The position numbers were made by a program, and so were the translations under genes. A stretch of DNA of 64,000 nucleotides, from positions 64,001 through 128,000 of the forward strand of contig OZ219753.1 in assembly GCA_964291315.2 (NCBI GenBank), given 5' to 3'. Of this stretch, positions 1-10,029 are shown one piece after another (within the stretch, counting starts at the first letter, position 1; each line of letters begins with the position of its first letter). The notes beneath the pieces were generated by a model, which made no database searches, had not been told where the DNA came from, and saw nothing but the letters and a program-made list of their open reading frames with translations. The DNA comes from Candidatus Poribacteria bacterium. Lineage in GTDB: Bacteria > Poribacteria > WGA-4E > WGA-3G.

Positions 1-2218
1 CGGCGGTGTCTATAACCGTCATTTCTGTCCGCCCGTCTTCGTTAGATTTTGCGCGGAGTTCGAGATGGAATCCAGTGGGACTCAACAAGCGCTGCTCGCG
101 CGGGGTCAGCCCTAGGTCGTTGCGGTGTTTTGCTTGTAGGTTGTAGACGTGGTTTTCAGCTACATCATTCGATCCGCTGTTTGAAACCAGCAGTAATGTC
201 TGATTCGGTAGGATATACGTGCCTGCCTCAAACGTGAACTTGGCATTTACATAGGATTGTGTCTGTGTGTTCTCGTTGCGGATCTCAAATTCCCAGCCCT
301 CAAGGTTCACGGTCTGCATCATAGAGCTGTTGTAGAGTTCTATCCACTGGATCAAGTTCTGGCGCGGTCCTGCGTCATACATAATCTCGCTGATGGTGAC
401 TGTTCCGTCGAAGACGTAATCGTCATCAGTTGATGCGGTGTCTCTATCGTCACTGATCGTGTTAACAGCTACGTTGGGGTATCCTGGTGTACCAGGGGAT
501 GTCATTGTGTCAACGTTTCTGTCGTGTCCGCGATCGTAGCCTGTGCCGCTGAACCCGAACGACTGCCAATCGTTTTTGTGAACGCGGTTCGCCTGCGACT
601 TCGCGACATACATGCCCTTCGTGTTCAGCTGGACCCCCCGGCCGAACGACATGTTTTGAGAGGCGAAGGTGTTCATACCGCCGAAGTCGTTATCATCAAG
701 GTCTCCCGGCTTCGTCCACGCGATGAAGGGCCAGACCTCCGTATTGAACTTCTTATCTTCCATGCGCTTGAAGAACCCGTTGCCTGCGTAGTCTTTGATA
801 TTTGTTGGCTTGCCGACGTCGTCTGCATGATCGCGTGTGCGTAGCAGGATCAGGAACTTGCCTTTGGCGGGGAGGTTTAGATCTTTAATGACGGCGTACT
901 TGTGTGTGGCGCCCTTTTTGGTGTCGGTTTGGGTTGCGGGGTCGGCAACGTTTATGCCTCCTGCGAGTGCGACGCTTTTCCCGGGGTCTCGGTTATAGAT
1001 AACGAGGTAGTCGCCTGGCATCATCTGATGTTCGGGCAGTACGGCGAGTTTTGTGTCGGTGAAGTTGGCGTCGCCTGATTCGTGATAGCCGCTGCCGTCA
1101 GTCTTCATTTTCCCCATCGCCAAGCTGAGCGTATAGTTCTTGACATTGACAGCGGGGTCCGATGCGTTGTCGCTATTGTAGAAGAGCTCTATCCAGTCCA
1201 AGTTTTCATCGGAGGTGTCGTTGCGCACCTCGTTGATGATGATGCCTTTATCGGAGAAGGAGGCGGGAGTCGTTTGAAACTGGACTATATTCGGACCGCT
1301 CGTACTAACCGGAACGTGCCCCGGGGTCCCCCAGTAATAACCACTGAGGTTAATCCGGCCTCCGCTTCTGGGTCCCTCAACGTTAGAGGCTTCCCAGGAG
1401 CTTGCTTCTTCGCCGTCGCCGAGACCGACTAGTTTTCCATCTTTGTCGCGTTTAAACTTTTTCCCTGTGTCATCCACCTCGATTTTCCGATACATGGAGA
1501 CCATATACTCGCGAGGTGCCCCGGTATCCTCGTTTCCGTCGGTATCGCCATTTGTGCCTTTTAGCTCCCACTTCCGGTTCCAACGATCCAAGAGTGAGAC
1601 ACGATCCAAAACGACATAATCGTCCCCGCCCGTACCCTTAAACTTCCCGCCCGCGGCAGGGTAAGTCCGATTCTTATCTATATCGGTATAGAAATAGAGC
1701 CAATCGTCGGGCCTCAAACCGTTGTTATAGAGTTCAACCCATTGTGCGGTTGTTCTGGCCGGGTCGTCTTGCCCCCACATGATCTCTGTGATAACGACCT
1801 TGTGTTTCGCTTTCATCAGATCCTCTGCTGATGGATCAACTTTTATGCTCTGCTTTGGATAACTTGCAAGGTTAGTTCCTGTCACGATGCGCTGTGCAAG
1901 TATGATCGAGCCGCCGCTCTCCAAGGTAGTCTTGAAGTCAGGTAAGTTCGCCCACCCTCTCCCTTTTACGCCGATGCTTATACCGTTATTAAGGTCGGTT
2001 CCATCAGCGCTTTTTGCGATTATATAGAAGCCTCCTTCTGACAAGTCGTGGGTTTTTGGGTCGTCTGCTTTGTACCATGGATGTGTAGCGGTGATTTGCG
2101 TTTTCTTAAATTCACTCCAGTTGCTCTGCCAGCTAAGCTGGGCGTGTGCGGTTGCGCCGGTGAACAGCAGTCCTAATACTCCGAATACTACGAAAATTCT
2201 AATTTTATTTGATAACAT
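1..2218 (-). CDS. Secreted multi-lamin-tail-domain protein (partial; 3' end runs off the left edge)
   Basis: Absent from the ORF track because no stop lies in the window. Both ends were read manually: GAGGAG RBS, then MLSNKIRIFVVFGVLGLLFTGATAHAQ (signal peptide). LTD-type motifs VVITEIMWG...QWVELYN, IIINEV...DWIELFY and TISEIMYD...QWIELYN are present, and the same frame is open at position 2. Confidence 0.8.
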   Translation of the reverse strand, partial: MLSNKIRIFVVFGVLGLLFTGATAHAQLSWQSNWSEFKKTQITATHPWYKADDPKTHDLSEGGFYIIAKSADGTDLNNGISIGVKGRGWANLPDFKTTLESGGSIILAQRIVTGTNLASYPKQSIKVDPSAEDLMKAKHKVVITEIMWGQDDPARTTAQWVELYNNGLRPDDWLYFYTDIDKNRTYPAAGGKFKGTGGDDYVVLDRVSLLDRWNRKWELKGTNGDTDGNEDTGAPREYMVSMYRKIEVDDTGKKFKRDKDGKLVGLGDGEEASSWEASNVEGPRSGGRINLSGYYWGTPGHVPVSTSGPNIVQFQTTPASFSDKGIIINEVRNDTSDENLDWIELFYNSDNASDPAVNVKNYTLSLAMGKMKTDGSGYHESGDANFTDTKLAVLPEHQMMPGDYLVIYNRDPGKSVALAGGINVADPATQTDTKKGATHKYAVIKDLNLPAKGKFLILLRTRDHADDVGKPTNIKDYAGNGFFKRMEDKKFNTEVWPFIAWTKPGDLDDNDFGGMNTFASQNMSFGRGVQLNTKGMYVAKSQANRVHKNDWQSFGFSGTGYDRGHDRNVDTMTSPGTPGYPNVAVNTISDDRDTASTDDDYVFDGTVTISEIMYDAGPRQNLIQWIELYNSSMMQTVNLEGWEFEIRNENTQTQSYVNAKFTFEAGTYILPNQTLLLVSNSGSNDVAENHVYNLQAKHRNDLGLTPREQRLLSPTGFHLELRAKSNEDGRTEMTVIDTA

Positions 2219-2237
2219 CACGTTCGTTCTCCTCTGT

Positions 2238-2504
2238 TGAAGATGCGCAGACTGCGAGTCTATGCTACGCGTCTCTTGCACATCTGTTGTTACAAAGTTA
2301 AACATAGACAAATGAGTGCTGGTCGCAGAGATTGCGGGTCCATACACTGCTTTTCTATTTACACATTTATGCTGAGGGAGATCCTCATACACGGGCTATT
2401 AAGTGTTTCTGATACACGAGAAACTAACAGCGTCTGCTAAAAGTCTCTGTGGAAGTGAAGATGCACAGACTGCGAGTCTATGCTGTGAGTCTCTTGCACA
2501 ACTG
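2238..2504. repeat. ~49-bp direct repeat pair (2238-2286, 2456-2504), each containing a GTAG-type REP-like hairpin
   Basis: tgaagatgcRcagactgcgagtctatgctRYgMgtctcttgcacaWctg occurs twice. Confidence 0.8.
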
Positions 2505-2605
2505 AACAGGTTGTGATGCAACAGAGCGCTCTCAATCTTTATTTTAGTCTCACGTTACGATATTATAACGTAAAAAGTCTGCAAAGAACAACAAAACCTA
2601 TCTAG

Positions 2606-2634
2606 ATTATACCTTAAGTTGTTAGGTATGTCAA
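2606..2634 (-). promoter_or_regulatory. sigma70 promoter for the lamin-tail gene
   Basis: Minus strand TTGACA-tacctaacaacttaagg(17)-TATAAT, perfect consensus; the spacer resembles the promoter at 37641. Confidence 0.7.
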
Positions 2635-2794
2635 ATATTTTTTACTAAAGGAGTGGGGTATCGCTATTTGGCACTCAACTTTTTGGGTGTTTGTATAAGC
2701 GAGTTGCTTTGGTATCTCTATTTAGGTTGCGGGATATATTGGTGTGTGTTAGGTTGTATCTAGAGGTAGGTTTTGTGTTAAGTAGAAAAGCAAC

Positions 2795-2823
2795 TTGACA
2801 TATCGTCTGATTTTCTATAAAAT
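2795..2823 (+). promoter_or_regulatory. sigma70 promoter for the MTase-helicase-DUF790 operon
   Basis: TTGACA-N17-TAAAAT about 60 bp before the ATG at 2883 (RBS AAGGAGG). Confidence 0.65.
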
Positions 2824-2882
2824 AGGGTGAGTTTTATAATTGTTGGGCATATCTTTCTCACGTCATAAGACAAGGAGGGTGC

Positions 2883-3683
2883 ATGATACGTTTAAATGAG
2901 ATCAGGCACGAGAATGGCCTCGATACAATGGACGCGATGGGTGCTGAATGTATCGATCTGGTGGTAACCTCGCCTCCGTACGATGAAATGCGTGAGTATG
3001 AAGGTTACGAGTTGGAAGGTTTTGAACGGATTGCCACTGCACTGTATAAAGTCGTTAAGGTTGGCGGTGTGATTGTGTGGGTGATTGGCGACCAAACGGT
3101 AAAAGGGAACGAATCGGGTACTTCATTCCGTCAAGCGCTCTATTTCAAGGAGATCGGTTTTAATTTATTTGATACTATGATCTACTTGAAACCGCCTAGA
3201 GGGGCGTGTGGGGATAATCGCACGTATTGGCAGTCTTTTGAATATATGTTTGTTTTCAGCAAAGGACGGCCGAAAACGATCAATCTCATTAGAGATAGAA
3301 AAAACAAGGAGGCTCGCAAAGGGGATAGGGGCACAAAACGTTTGCCGGATGGAACGTTGTCCAAGCAGAGTCGCAAGGGCTACACAGCGTATGGTAGGCG
3401 AACTAATGTGTGGCAGTATATGATCGGCAACGGGCATTCGGCGACGGATAAAATAGCATATGGGCATCCTGCGATATTTCCTGAACGGTTGGCGGAAGAT
3501 CATATCCGTTCGTGGAGCGATGCGGGAGATGTGGTGTATGATCCGTTTCTCGGTAGTGGGACTGTGGCGCTTATGGCGGCGTTGAATGGTAGACATTACA
3601 TCGGTTCTGAGATTAACAAGACATACTGTGAAATTGCGGTAGAGAGGCTTCAGAGGTATGGCGGTGCTAAGCATCGACTTTGA
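2883..3683 (+). CDS. Site-specific DNA methyltransferase, beta class (probably N4-cytosine)
   Basis: Catalytic motif IV DLVVTSPPY near the N-terminus, HPAIFP, and SAM-binding motif I DPFLGSGT near the C-terminus. Confidence 0.9.
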   Translation: MIRLNEIRHENGLDTMDAMGAECIDLVVTSPPYDEMREYEGYELEGFERIATALYKVVKVGGVIVWVIGDQTVKGNESGTSFRQALYFKEIGFNLFDTMIYLKPPRGACGDNRTYWQSFEYMFVFSKGRPKTINLIRDRKNKEARKGDRGTKRLPDGTLSKQSRKGYTAYGRRTNVWQYMIGNGHSATDKIAYGHPAIFPERLAEDHIRSWSDAGDVVYDPFLGSGTVALMAALNGRHYIGSEINKTYCEIAVERLQRYGGAKHRL

Positions 3684-5031
3684 CAAAGGCACTCTGGTGT
3701 TACAAAACGTTCCGGAGGCGCTTCAGGCGCTCTTGCCGGATCTGCGTTGGGACGATCGGACGCTTACCTTCCGTGCGCCGGCGTATCGCTATCGGCGCAT
3801 CGTTTCCGAGTTGCGCGCGCACGATTTGCCCTATCAAGACACAGCACGGCAATTCGGCGTTGAACGTTTCACGTTCCAACAAGAGCTGTCACCGTACACT
3901 TATCAGCGTGATGCAATTGATGCATGGCATGCCAACGGCAAACGGGGTGTGATAAGTCTTCCGACGGGTGCGGGGAAAACCTTCATCGCCCTTCTGCTCA
4001 TTGCGGAGATCCAACGGCCTACTCTTGTGCATGTGCCGACAATTGATTTAATGAATCAATGGTACAGTGTGCTAAAAGACTCCTTTGGAGAAGAGGTGGG
4101 GCTTTACGGCGGCGGGTATCACGAATTGCGGCATCTCACTGTCACGACCTACCCATCTGCTGTTGTGCATGTGCCTTACTATGGGCATCGGTTTGGGTTC
4201 GCTATTTTCGATGAATGTCATCATCTGCCGGGTGAACAGTATCAGTACGCTGCGATCAGCAGTATTGCGCCGTTTCGGTTGGGGTTGACAGCGACGCCTG
4301 AGCGCGTTGATGGGAGAGAGCGTCGACTCTATGCGCTTGTTGGCGAGTGTTGCTATGAGGCGCAGGTGCAGGAACTTTCTGGGAAGACACTTTCTGAGTA
4401 CCGCGTTGTGACCATAGCGGTTGAAATGGGAGACATGGAACGCGTGCAGTATGAAAAGTCCCGTCGCGTGTATTTAAACTTTCTCAAGCAGTCGAACATC
4501 AATATGGGCAATCCAGGTGGGTGGCGGCTGTTTCTCTGGAAGTCCTCACAAACGGATGCGGGTCGCGCGGCTTTCAAGGCGTATCTCAGACAGAAGCGTC
4601 TCAGTTTTGCGTCTACTATGAAGCAGGAATGGGTGTGGAAGCTGATTCAGCGGCATCGGGGCGATCGGGTTCTGATTTTTACGCAAGATAACGATACCGC
4701 CTACCAGCTCGGTACCCGTTTCTTTCTGCCGGTGCTGACGCATCAGACGAAGCTGAAGGAGCGGCATGCTTTTTTGAATGGATTTCGAGACGGCACCTAT
4801 TCCATTTTGGTTACTTCAAAGGTTCTCAACGAAGGCGTGGATGTGCCGGAGGCGAATGTCGCTATTATTGTTTCGGGGAGCGGCAGTGTGCGGGAGCATG
4901 TGCAGCGGTTGGGCCGCATTCTCCGTAAACGTGAGGGCAAGCAGGCGGTGCTGTATGAGCTGATCTCCAAGCGAACCGGTGAACACTTCGTCAACAAAAG
5001 ACGAAGACAGCACCACGCCTATCGGGCGTAG
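3658..5031 (+). CDS. XPB/Rad25-like SF2 DEAD/DEAH helicase
   Basis: LPTGAGKT, DECHH, LTATP, EGVDVP and QRLGRILR motifs; N-terminal WDDR...FRAPAYRY segment typical of XPB-like helicases. Confidence 0.85.
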   Translation: MAVLSIDFDKGTLVLQNVPEALQALLPDLRWDDRTLTFRAPAYRYRRIVSELRAHDLPYQDTARQFGVERFTFQQELSPYTYQRDAIDAWHANGKRGVISLPTGAGKTFIALLLIAEIQRPTLVHVPTIDLMNQWYSVLKDSFGEEVGLYGGGYHELRHLTVTTYPSAVVHVPYYGHRFGFAIFDECHHLPGEQYQYAAISSIAPFRLGLTATPERVDGRERRLYALVGECCYEAQVQELSGKTLSEYRVVTIAVEMGDMERVQYEKSRRVYLNFLKQSNINMGNPGGWRLFLWKSSQTDAGRAAFKAYLRQKRLSFASTMKQEWVWKLIQRHRGDRVLIFTQDNDTAYQLGTRFFLPVLTHQTKLKERHAFLNGFRDGTYSILVTSKVLNEGVDVPEANVAIIVSGSGSVREHVQRLGRILRKREGKQAVLYELISKRTGEHFVNKRRRQHHAYRA

Positions 5032-5069
5032 TTCGGCCAGTATCTTGGCTGCCTAATTACAAGATTCTA

Positions 5070-6308
5070 ATGCTCACTAAAGCTCTGCTTCGGTATAACA
5101 TTAAGAACGGGCGAATTCTACCACAGTTTGTGAATCCGGCGGATGAGCAGCTGTTAGCGGTTGCTGGACGGTTAATCGATGTTTTTGAAGACTCGCCGGA
5201 CACCGCACGTGCGACCCTTGTGGAGAGCAGCAAGCGCATTATCGACGGTGCCTCGGGGCCGGCGATAGTCGCGCGCGGGCTCGAAAAGCTCTTGTTGGAC
5301 CGGACGGTGTTTGATACTGCGCCGAACGAAGAGCTCATCGCCTTCCGGCGGAAACTTTTCACCGAGACGAGTAGCCTGCTTTCACAGGAGCGGTTTCAGG
5401 ATTATAGGGCCTATCAGCGGAGAGTGTTTCAGATGACGGGGGATGCGTTCCTGCCGGAGATGGCGGCTACGGTGGAGCGGGATCTCGCGGCCAAGCTCTA
5501 CGCGGATTTACCGAGTCGCCAGCCCGTACTCGCTTTCAGGACGCTTTCGCCCGAGCGCCTGCTGCATCGCTATAACGCTGCGCAAGTGCAAGGGTTGCTC
5601 CTCCATTGTAACGGTATGCTCTTAAAACTGACTGCTTCCATGACAGCGGAGCTGCGTCAACTCTTCAAATACCTTAGATTCAACCAATTGCTATCTACTA
5701 TTCAGAAAGAGGGCGAGTTGTATCAAATTACCGTAGATGGCCCGCTCAATCTGTTTTACAAAACGAAGCGGTACGGCATGAACTTGGCGAATTTTTTTCT
5801 TGCAGTGCTCCATCAACCTAAATGGGAGCTGGCTGCAGATATCCAGTTTCGGAATAGACGGGGTGCCCGGTTGTTGCTCGATGAGTCGTGTGGTATCAGA
5901 CCGACATCACAACAGTTTCTCGCCTATATTCCGGAAGAGATTCAACTGTTTCAGGCGATGCTCGGCAATAAGACAGATGAGTGGCAGATCCGCCCCGGCA
6001 GTCAATTCCTCCCGTTAGTAGGGGATTTTTACTGTTTTCCGGACTACCAACTTTTTCATAAGAGCGGTGTGGAGACGGCTATTGAACTATTTCATCCGTG
6101 GCATCAAGGGCATCTCGTTGCTAGGCTGAATACGCTCGCTGCTCAGACGGAGGTGCCTCTGATTCTCGGGGTTTCAAGGGTATTAGCGAAGAAAACGTTG
6201 ATTGCGGAGGCACTCGCCGCATCTCCCTATTTTTCCAAGTTCGGTTTCACGTTTCGGGAGGTTCCGACTATGCGGGCCTTGCTTCCTATTTTGAATTCGC
6301 TTGTGTAG
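5070..6308 (+). CDS. DUF790 / Bax1-like endonuclease
   Basis: LYADL, LLHRYNAAQVQGLL, DGPLNLFYKTKRYG and FPDY..AIELF (nuclease-like) motifs; follows the XPB-like helicase. Confidence 0.8.
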   Translation: MLTKALLRYNIKNGRILPQFVNPADEQLLAVAGRLIDVFEDSPDTARATLVESSKRIIDGASGPAIVARGLEKLLLDRTVFDTAPNEELIAFRRKLFTETSSLLSQERFQDYRAYQRRVFQMTGDAFLPEMAATVERDLAAKLYADLPSRQPVLAFRTLSPERLLHRYNAAQVQGLLLHCNGMLLKLTASMTAELRQLFKYLRFNQLLSTIQKEGELYQITVDGPLNLFYKTKRYGMNLANFFLAVLHQPKWELAADIQFRNRRGARLLLDESCGIRPTSQQFLAYIPEEIQLFQAMLGNKTDEWQIRPGSQFLPLVGDFYCFPDYQLFHKSGVETAIELFHPWHQGHLVARLNTLAAQTEVPLILGVSRVLAKKTLIAEALAASPYFSKFGFTFREVPTMRALLPILNSLV

Positions 6309-6344
6309 TTGGTCGAAAGAGGGTGTGTGAGCGGCGTTGCAGAT

Positions 6345-6368
6345 GCACAGACTCACAGTCTATGCTAG
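6345..6368. repeat. REP-like hairpin
   Basis: GCACAGACTCACAGTCTATGCTAG. Confidence 0.7.
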
Positions 6369-6483
6369 AAGCATCGAACAATAGGCATTTCCTTTAAGAT
6401 CTGAGGTATTTCGGAAAAGTGTGGATACCTTGATTTCAATCTGAATTTCTGCTAAAATGTAATACAGAGATGGAGGGAAACCC

Positions 6484-7020
6484 ATGATTTTTTTAGACAA
6501 GTCGCGTGCCATTGCGCTCTTGTTAGTATCGGGGTTGATAGTTTGGCTAATGGCGTGCGGTCCGAGACCTATTCCTTATTCACAGCGTACAGCTGTTGAA
6601 CCCAGTGAAGTCGCTGTAGCCCATTATAATTGGGGTATGGCATACGCTGAGCAAGGCAATTTCGGGCAGGCTATTACAGAGCTCACCTTGGCAATCCAGA
6701 GCGAACCGGGATGGGTAATGCCGTTTTTCACATTGGGTGTTATCTATGGCAATCAAGGGGAACTCGATAGAGCTATTCAAGCGTGGGAACGCGCCACGCA
6801 GCTGGATGCCGACTTCGCAAAGGCGCATTACAACCTCGCTGTTGCCTATTCACATAAGGCGGAGAAGATACGTTCAATCGCCTCATTGCGTGAAGCGATT
6901 CGGTTAGACGCGACAGCGCTTGCCGCTGCGAAAACAGAATCTGCATTTGACCTCATCCGCGGTACGACCGAATTCCAAGAATTAGAGAATTCGGTTGAAG
7001 TGGCGCCACCGCAAGAGTAA
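6484..7020 (+). CDS. TPR-repeat lipoprotein
   Basis: Lipobox LMAC and three TPR-like repeats (AHYNWG, FFTLG, AHYNLA). Confidence 0.8.
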   Translation: MIFLDKSRAIALLLVSGLIVWLMACGPRPIPYSQRTAVEPSEVAVAHYNWGMAYAEQGNFGQAITELTLAIQSEPGWVMPFFTLGVIYGNQGELDRAIQAWERATQLDADFAKAHYNLAVAYSHKAEKIRSIASLREAIRLDATALAAAKTESAFDLIRGTTEFQELENSVEVAPPQE

Positions 7021-7037
7021 TGCTCCACCGAAAAGAG

Positions 7038-7985
7038 ATGGCACGTTACACAACTCTTTCATCCTCAGCCCTGGCGAGTATTGTGGCACAATATTCCATC
7101 GGAGCCCCCGTGAAACTTGAGGGGGTTCCCGGCGGGTTTGGCAATAGCAACTACAAATTGACAACTACGGGCGGTGAGTTTCTCCTGAAAATTTGCGATG
7201 AGAAAGCCCCAGCGGAACTCAAGATGCAAAGTTCCCTGTTGCAGCATCTCTATGAACATGCGTATCCAACGGTCTATCCGATTCTAACGAAAAATCAGAA
7301 ACCAATCACACATGAACCAGTCGGCAGCGTGATGCTTTATCCTTTTCTGCAAGGGGATCACCCACGATCTTCCCCGGATACCTCGGCACAGCTCGGTGAG
7401 GCGTTAGCACAGTTGCACCACATCCGGCCGATCAGTGGACTCCCTGGGTTCGCCATGGGCATTTCACAGATGCTTCCTTTTTTCAAGGAGGTTCAAGGCA
7501 CACAATTTGCTGCTCATCCATTTGTTGAATCGCTGAAGGCGCAATTGGCAGCAATGAGATCACAGCTGGATGCCCCACTGCCGAAGGGACTTCTACACGG
7601 AGATCTGTTTTTGGATAACACGCTCTTTAATGGAGATAGCATGGTGGCAATCCTCGACTTCGAGGAAGCGTGTTATGATGTGCTGCTACTTGATATCGGT
7701 ATGACTCTCATCGGGTGTTGTTATACACCGCAGCACAGGCTGAATGTTAAAGCTGCACAACAATTTTTACGCACTTACAACGCGCTGCGTCCGTTGACAG
7801 AAAACGAGTGGGAGCATCTGGATTGCTTCGTTCGTTATGCTGCGCTCTCCATAGCCTTCTGGCGATTTAGACAATTTAACATCCGCCAACCCGATACAGG
7901 CCGCGCAAATGCATATCGGGAGATGCTAACCCGCAGCGAGCAGTGGATGATCGCTGGCATTGGTAAATATGGGGTGAGAACGTAG
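7038..7985 (+). CDS. Homoserine kinase type II / APH-family phosphotransferase
   Basis: MARYT start, GxxNSNY, HGDLFLDN and ILDFEE motifs. Confidence 0.8.
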   Translation: MARYTTLSSSALASIVAQYSIGAPVKLEGVPGGFGNSNYKLTTTGGEFLLKICDEKAPAELKMQSSLLQHLYEHAYPTVYPILTKNQKPITHEPVGSVMLYPFLQGDHPRSSPDTSAQLGEALAQLHHIRPISGLPGFAMGISQMLPFFKEVQGTQFAAHPFVESLKAQLAAMRSQLDAPLPKGLLHGDLFLDNTLFNGDSMVAILDFEEACYDVLLLDIGMTLIGCCYTPQHRLNVKAAQQFLRTYNALRPLTENEWEHLDCFVRYAALSIAFWRFRQFNIRQPDTGRANAYREMLTRSEQWMIAGIGKYGVRT

Positions 7986-8064
7986 ATGTTGCATAAATTT
8001 CTATAGGTCTTTAGTTTAACTACTTGAACGCTAGGCGGCCGATAGCGAATAATAAAACAGAAAT

Positions 8065-9801
8065 ATGTCCTTAATACGATTAGAAAACATTACTAAGTTA
8101 TATGATCCAGAGCTGATTTTGGATGGTATATCGGTTTCAATTGAGCACGCTGACAGAATTGGATTAATTGGCCGTAACGGAACTGGAAAAACAACGTTAA
8201 TTAAAATTATTAACGGTATGATCTCCAATTTTAAAGGTAAAGTCGTCACTGCTAGAGGTTCGCGAATTGGTTACCTGAGCCAAGAACCTGAGCTGGCTCG
8301 TGGGTGTACCTTAAGGCAGGAGATGCTCAAGGTTTTTGAGAAACGGCGCGCCCTTGAGGATAAAATGCTTTTGTTGGCAGAAGAGATGGAGACGCGAGAA
8401 TCAGCGGATCTCCTGACACAGTACGCCCGAATTCAAGAACACCATGAACAACTCGGCGGCTACGATTATGAACATCAGATTAACCGTATTCTCGGCGGCT
8501 TAGGTTTCGAGGAGCTGGATTTCAACCTTCCAATCGGTGTCCTGAGTGGCGGCCAGAAAAGTCGGGCAACCCTCGCCAAACTCCTGCTTGAGCAGCCAGA
8601 CCTGCTGCTTTTTGATGAACCGACAAATCATCTTGACATCAGCGGGATCCAATGGCTCGAAAGTTATCTCAATACCGAGTATACTGGAGCAGTCCTTGTG
8701 GTTTCGCATGACCGCTATTTTTTGGACAAGGTTGTGCGAAAGGTCTGGGAACTTGAAGCGCATAAGATAAAAATTTATCGCGGGAACTATTCCAAGTACG
8801 TTGAAACCAAAAGAGTTGAACAATTGGCCGGTGACCGGGCTTTCAAGAAACAGCAGGCATTTATTGCACACGAAGAGGAATTCATTCGACTTAACATTGC
8901 CGGGCAGCGCACACGAGAGGCGCAGGGCAGAAGGAAGAAATTGGCGCGGTTGGAAAGGTTGGAGAAACCTAAGCGCGAAGCCCCTACCTTCCAACTTGAT
9001 TTTTCCCCTGAAGCGCGAGGCGGTGACGACATTCTCCGATGTGAAGACGTTGGCAAAACCTTCGGCGACAAAGCTATTTTTCAGGGTCTAAATTTTGAGG
9101 TATACCGTCGTGATGTTATCGGAATCATCGGTGCAAACGGCACGGGTAAGACGACGCTGTTCCGTATGATCTTGGGCGAAGAACCCCCTACAGACGGCAA
9201 AATATGGGTGGGACCAACGCTCAAATTTGGATACTATACACAAGAATTGGAAGGCATCAACCCGGACAATCAAATTATTGATGAAATTTGGGCGCTGCGT
9301 CCGCAGCAGACTCAAGAGGAAATCCGCAGCTTCCTTGGCAAATTCTTATTCTCGGGTGATGAGGTTTTCAAACGGATCGGAAATCTAAGCGGAGGCGAGC
9401 AGAGTCGTGTCCTCCTCGCGAAGTTGCTATTAGCGAACGCTAACGTTTTGCTTCTTGATGAACCGACGAACCATCTTGATATTCCAGCCCGTGAGGCGCT
9501 TGAAGTAGCCTTGGCAGAATATCCGGCGACGCTTTTCATTATTTCTCACGACCGGTATCTTTTGAGTAACCTTGCAACCAAGCTGTTGATTTTTGACGGT
9601 GATCCTGGCGGGAGTGCGAGTCTTTTTGAGGGCAATTACGTTGAATATGAGGCGCAGCAGCAGCCAGCGCTTCAAGAAAATCATTCGCCCCGTGAAACCG
9701 TGCAAGAATCAAAATCTCTACCCCCTTCTCAACCGAAACATAGATCGAAATCCAGGCGGAAGCGGAAAATGAAAGCGCAACGGTTGGTTGGCAGCGATTA
9801 A
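8065..9801 (+). CDS. ABC-F family ATPase
   Basis: Two ABC domains (GRNGTGKT/LSGGQ/DEPTNHLD and GANGTGKT/LSGGE/DEPTNHLD), no transmembrane segments. Confidence 0.92.
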   Translation: MSLIRLENITKLYDPELILDGISVSIEHADRIGLIGRNGTGKTTLIKIINGMISNFKGKVVTARGSRIGYLSQEPELARGCTLRQEMLKVFEKRRALEDKMLLLAEEMETRESADLLTQYARIQEHHEQLGGYDYEHQINRILGGLGFEELDFNLPIGVLSGGQKSRATLAKLLLEQPDLLLFDEPTNHLDISGIQWLESYLNTEYTGAVLVVSHDRYFLDKVVRKVWELEAHKIKIYRGNYSKYVETKRVEQLAGDRAFKKQQAFIAHEEEFIRLNIAGQRTREAQGRRKKLARLERLEKPKREAPTFQLDFSPEARGGDDILRCEDVGKTFGDKAIFQGLNFEVYRRDVIGIIGANGTGKTTLFRMILGEEPPTDGKIWVGPTLKFGYYTQELEGINPDNQIIDEIWALRPQQTQEEIRSFLGKFLFSGDEVFKRIGNLSGGEQSRVLLAKLLLANANVLLLDEPTNHLDIPAREALEVALAEYPATLFIISHDRYLLSNLATKLLIFDGDPGGSASLFEGNYVEYEAQQQPALQENHSPRETVQESKSLPPSQPKHRSKSRRKRKMKAQRLVGSD

Positions 9802-9850
9802 AGCTATTGACTTCGCAAAATTACGTGAAGATCGGACATCGTACTTTAAT

Positions 9851-9879
9851 TTGACATTCCGATGAAATTAGGGTATAAT
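9851..9879 (+). promoter_or_regulatory. sigma70 promoter upstream of the MarR-ECF operon
   Basis: TTGACA-N17-TATAAT, perfect consensus. Confidence 0.7.
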
Positions 9880-10029
9880 TGTTATGTCCTATGCGATGGA
9901 AATAGTGTCGTATATAGGAGATATAATTTCAGAATAGATTTTGACGTATACATTGATAATGATTGAGAGTGGGACATGGAAAACGTGTCCTATAATATAA
10001 GCTGTGTAACAGCAAGTTTTGCCTTGTGA

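Noticed and set aside
49-1432. Plus-strand ORFs 49-237, 524-844 and 1082-1432
   Set aside because: Antisense shadows of the long minus-strand lamin-tail gene.
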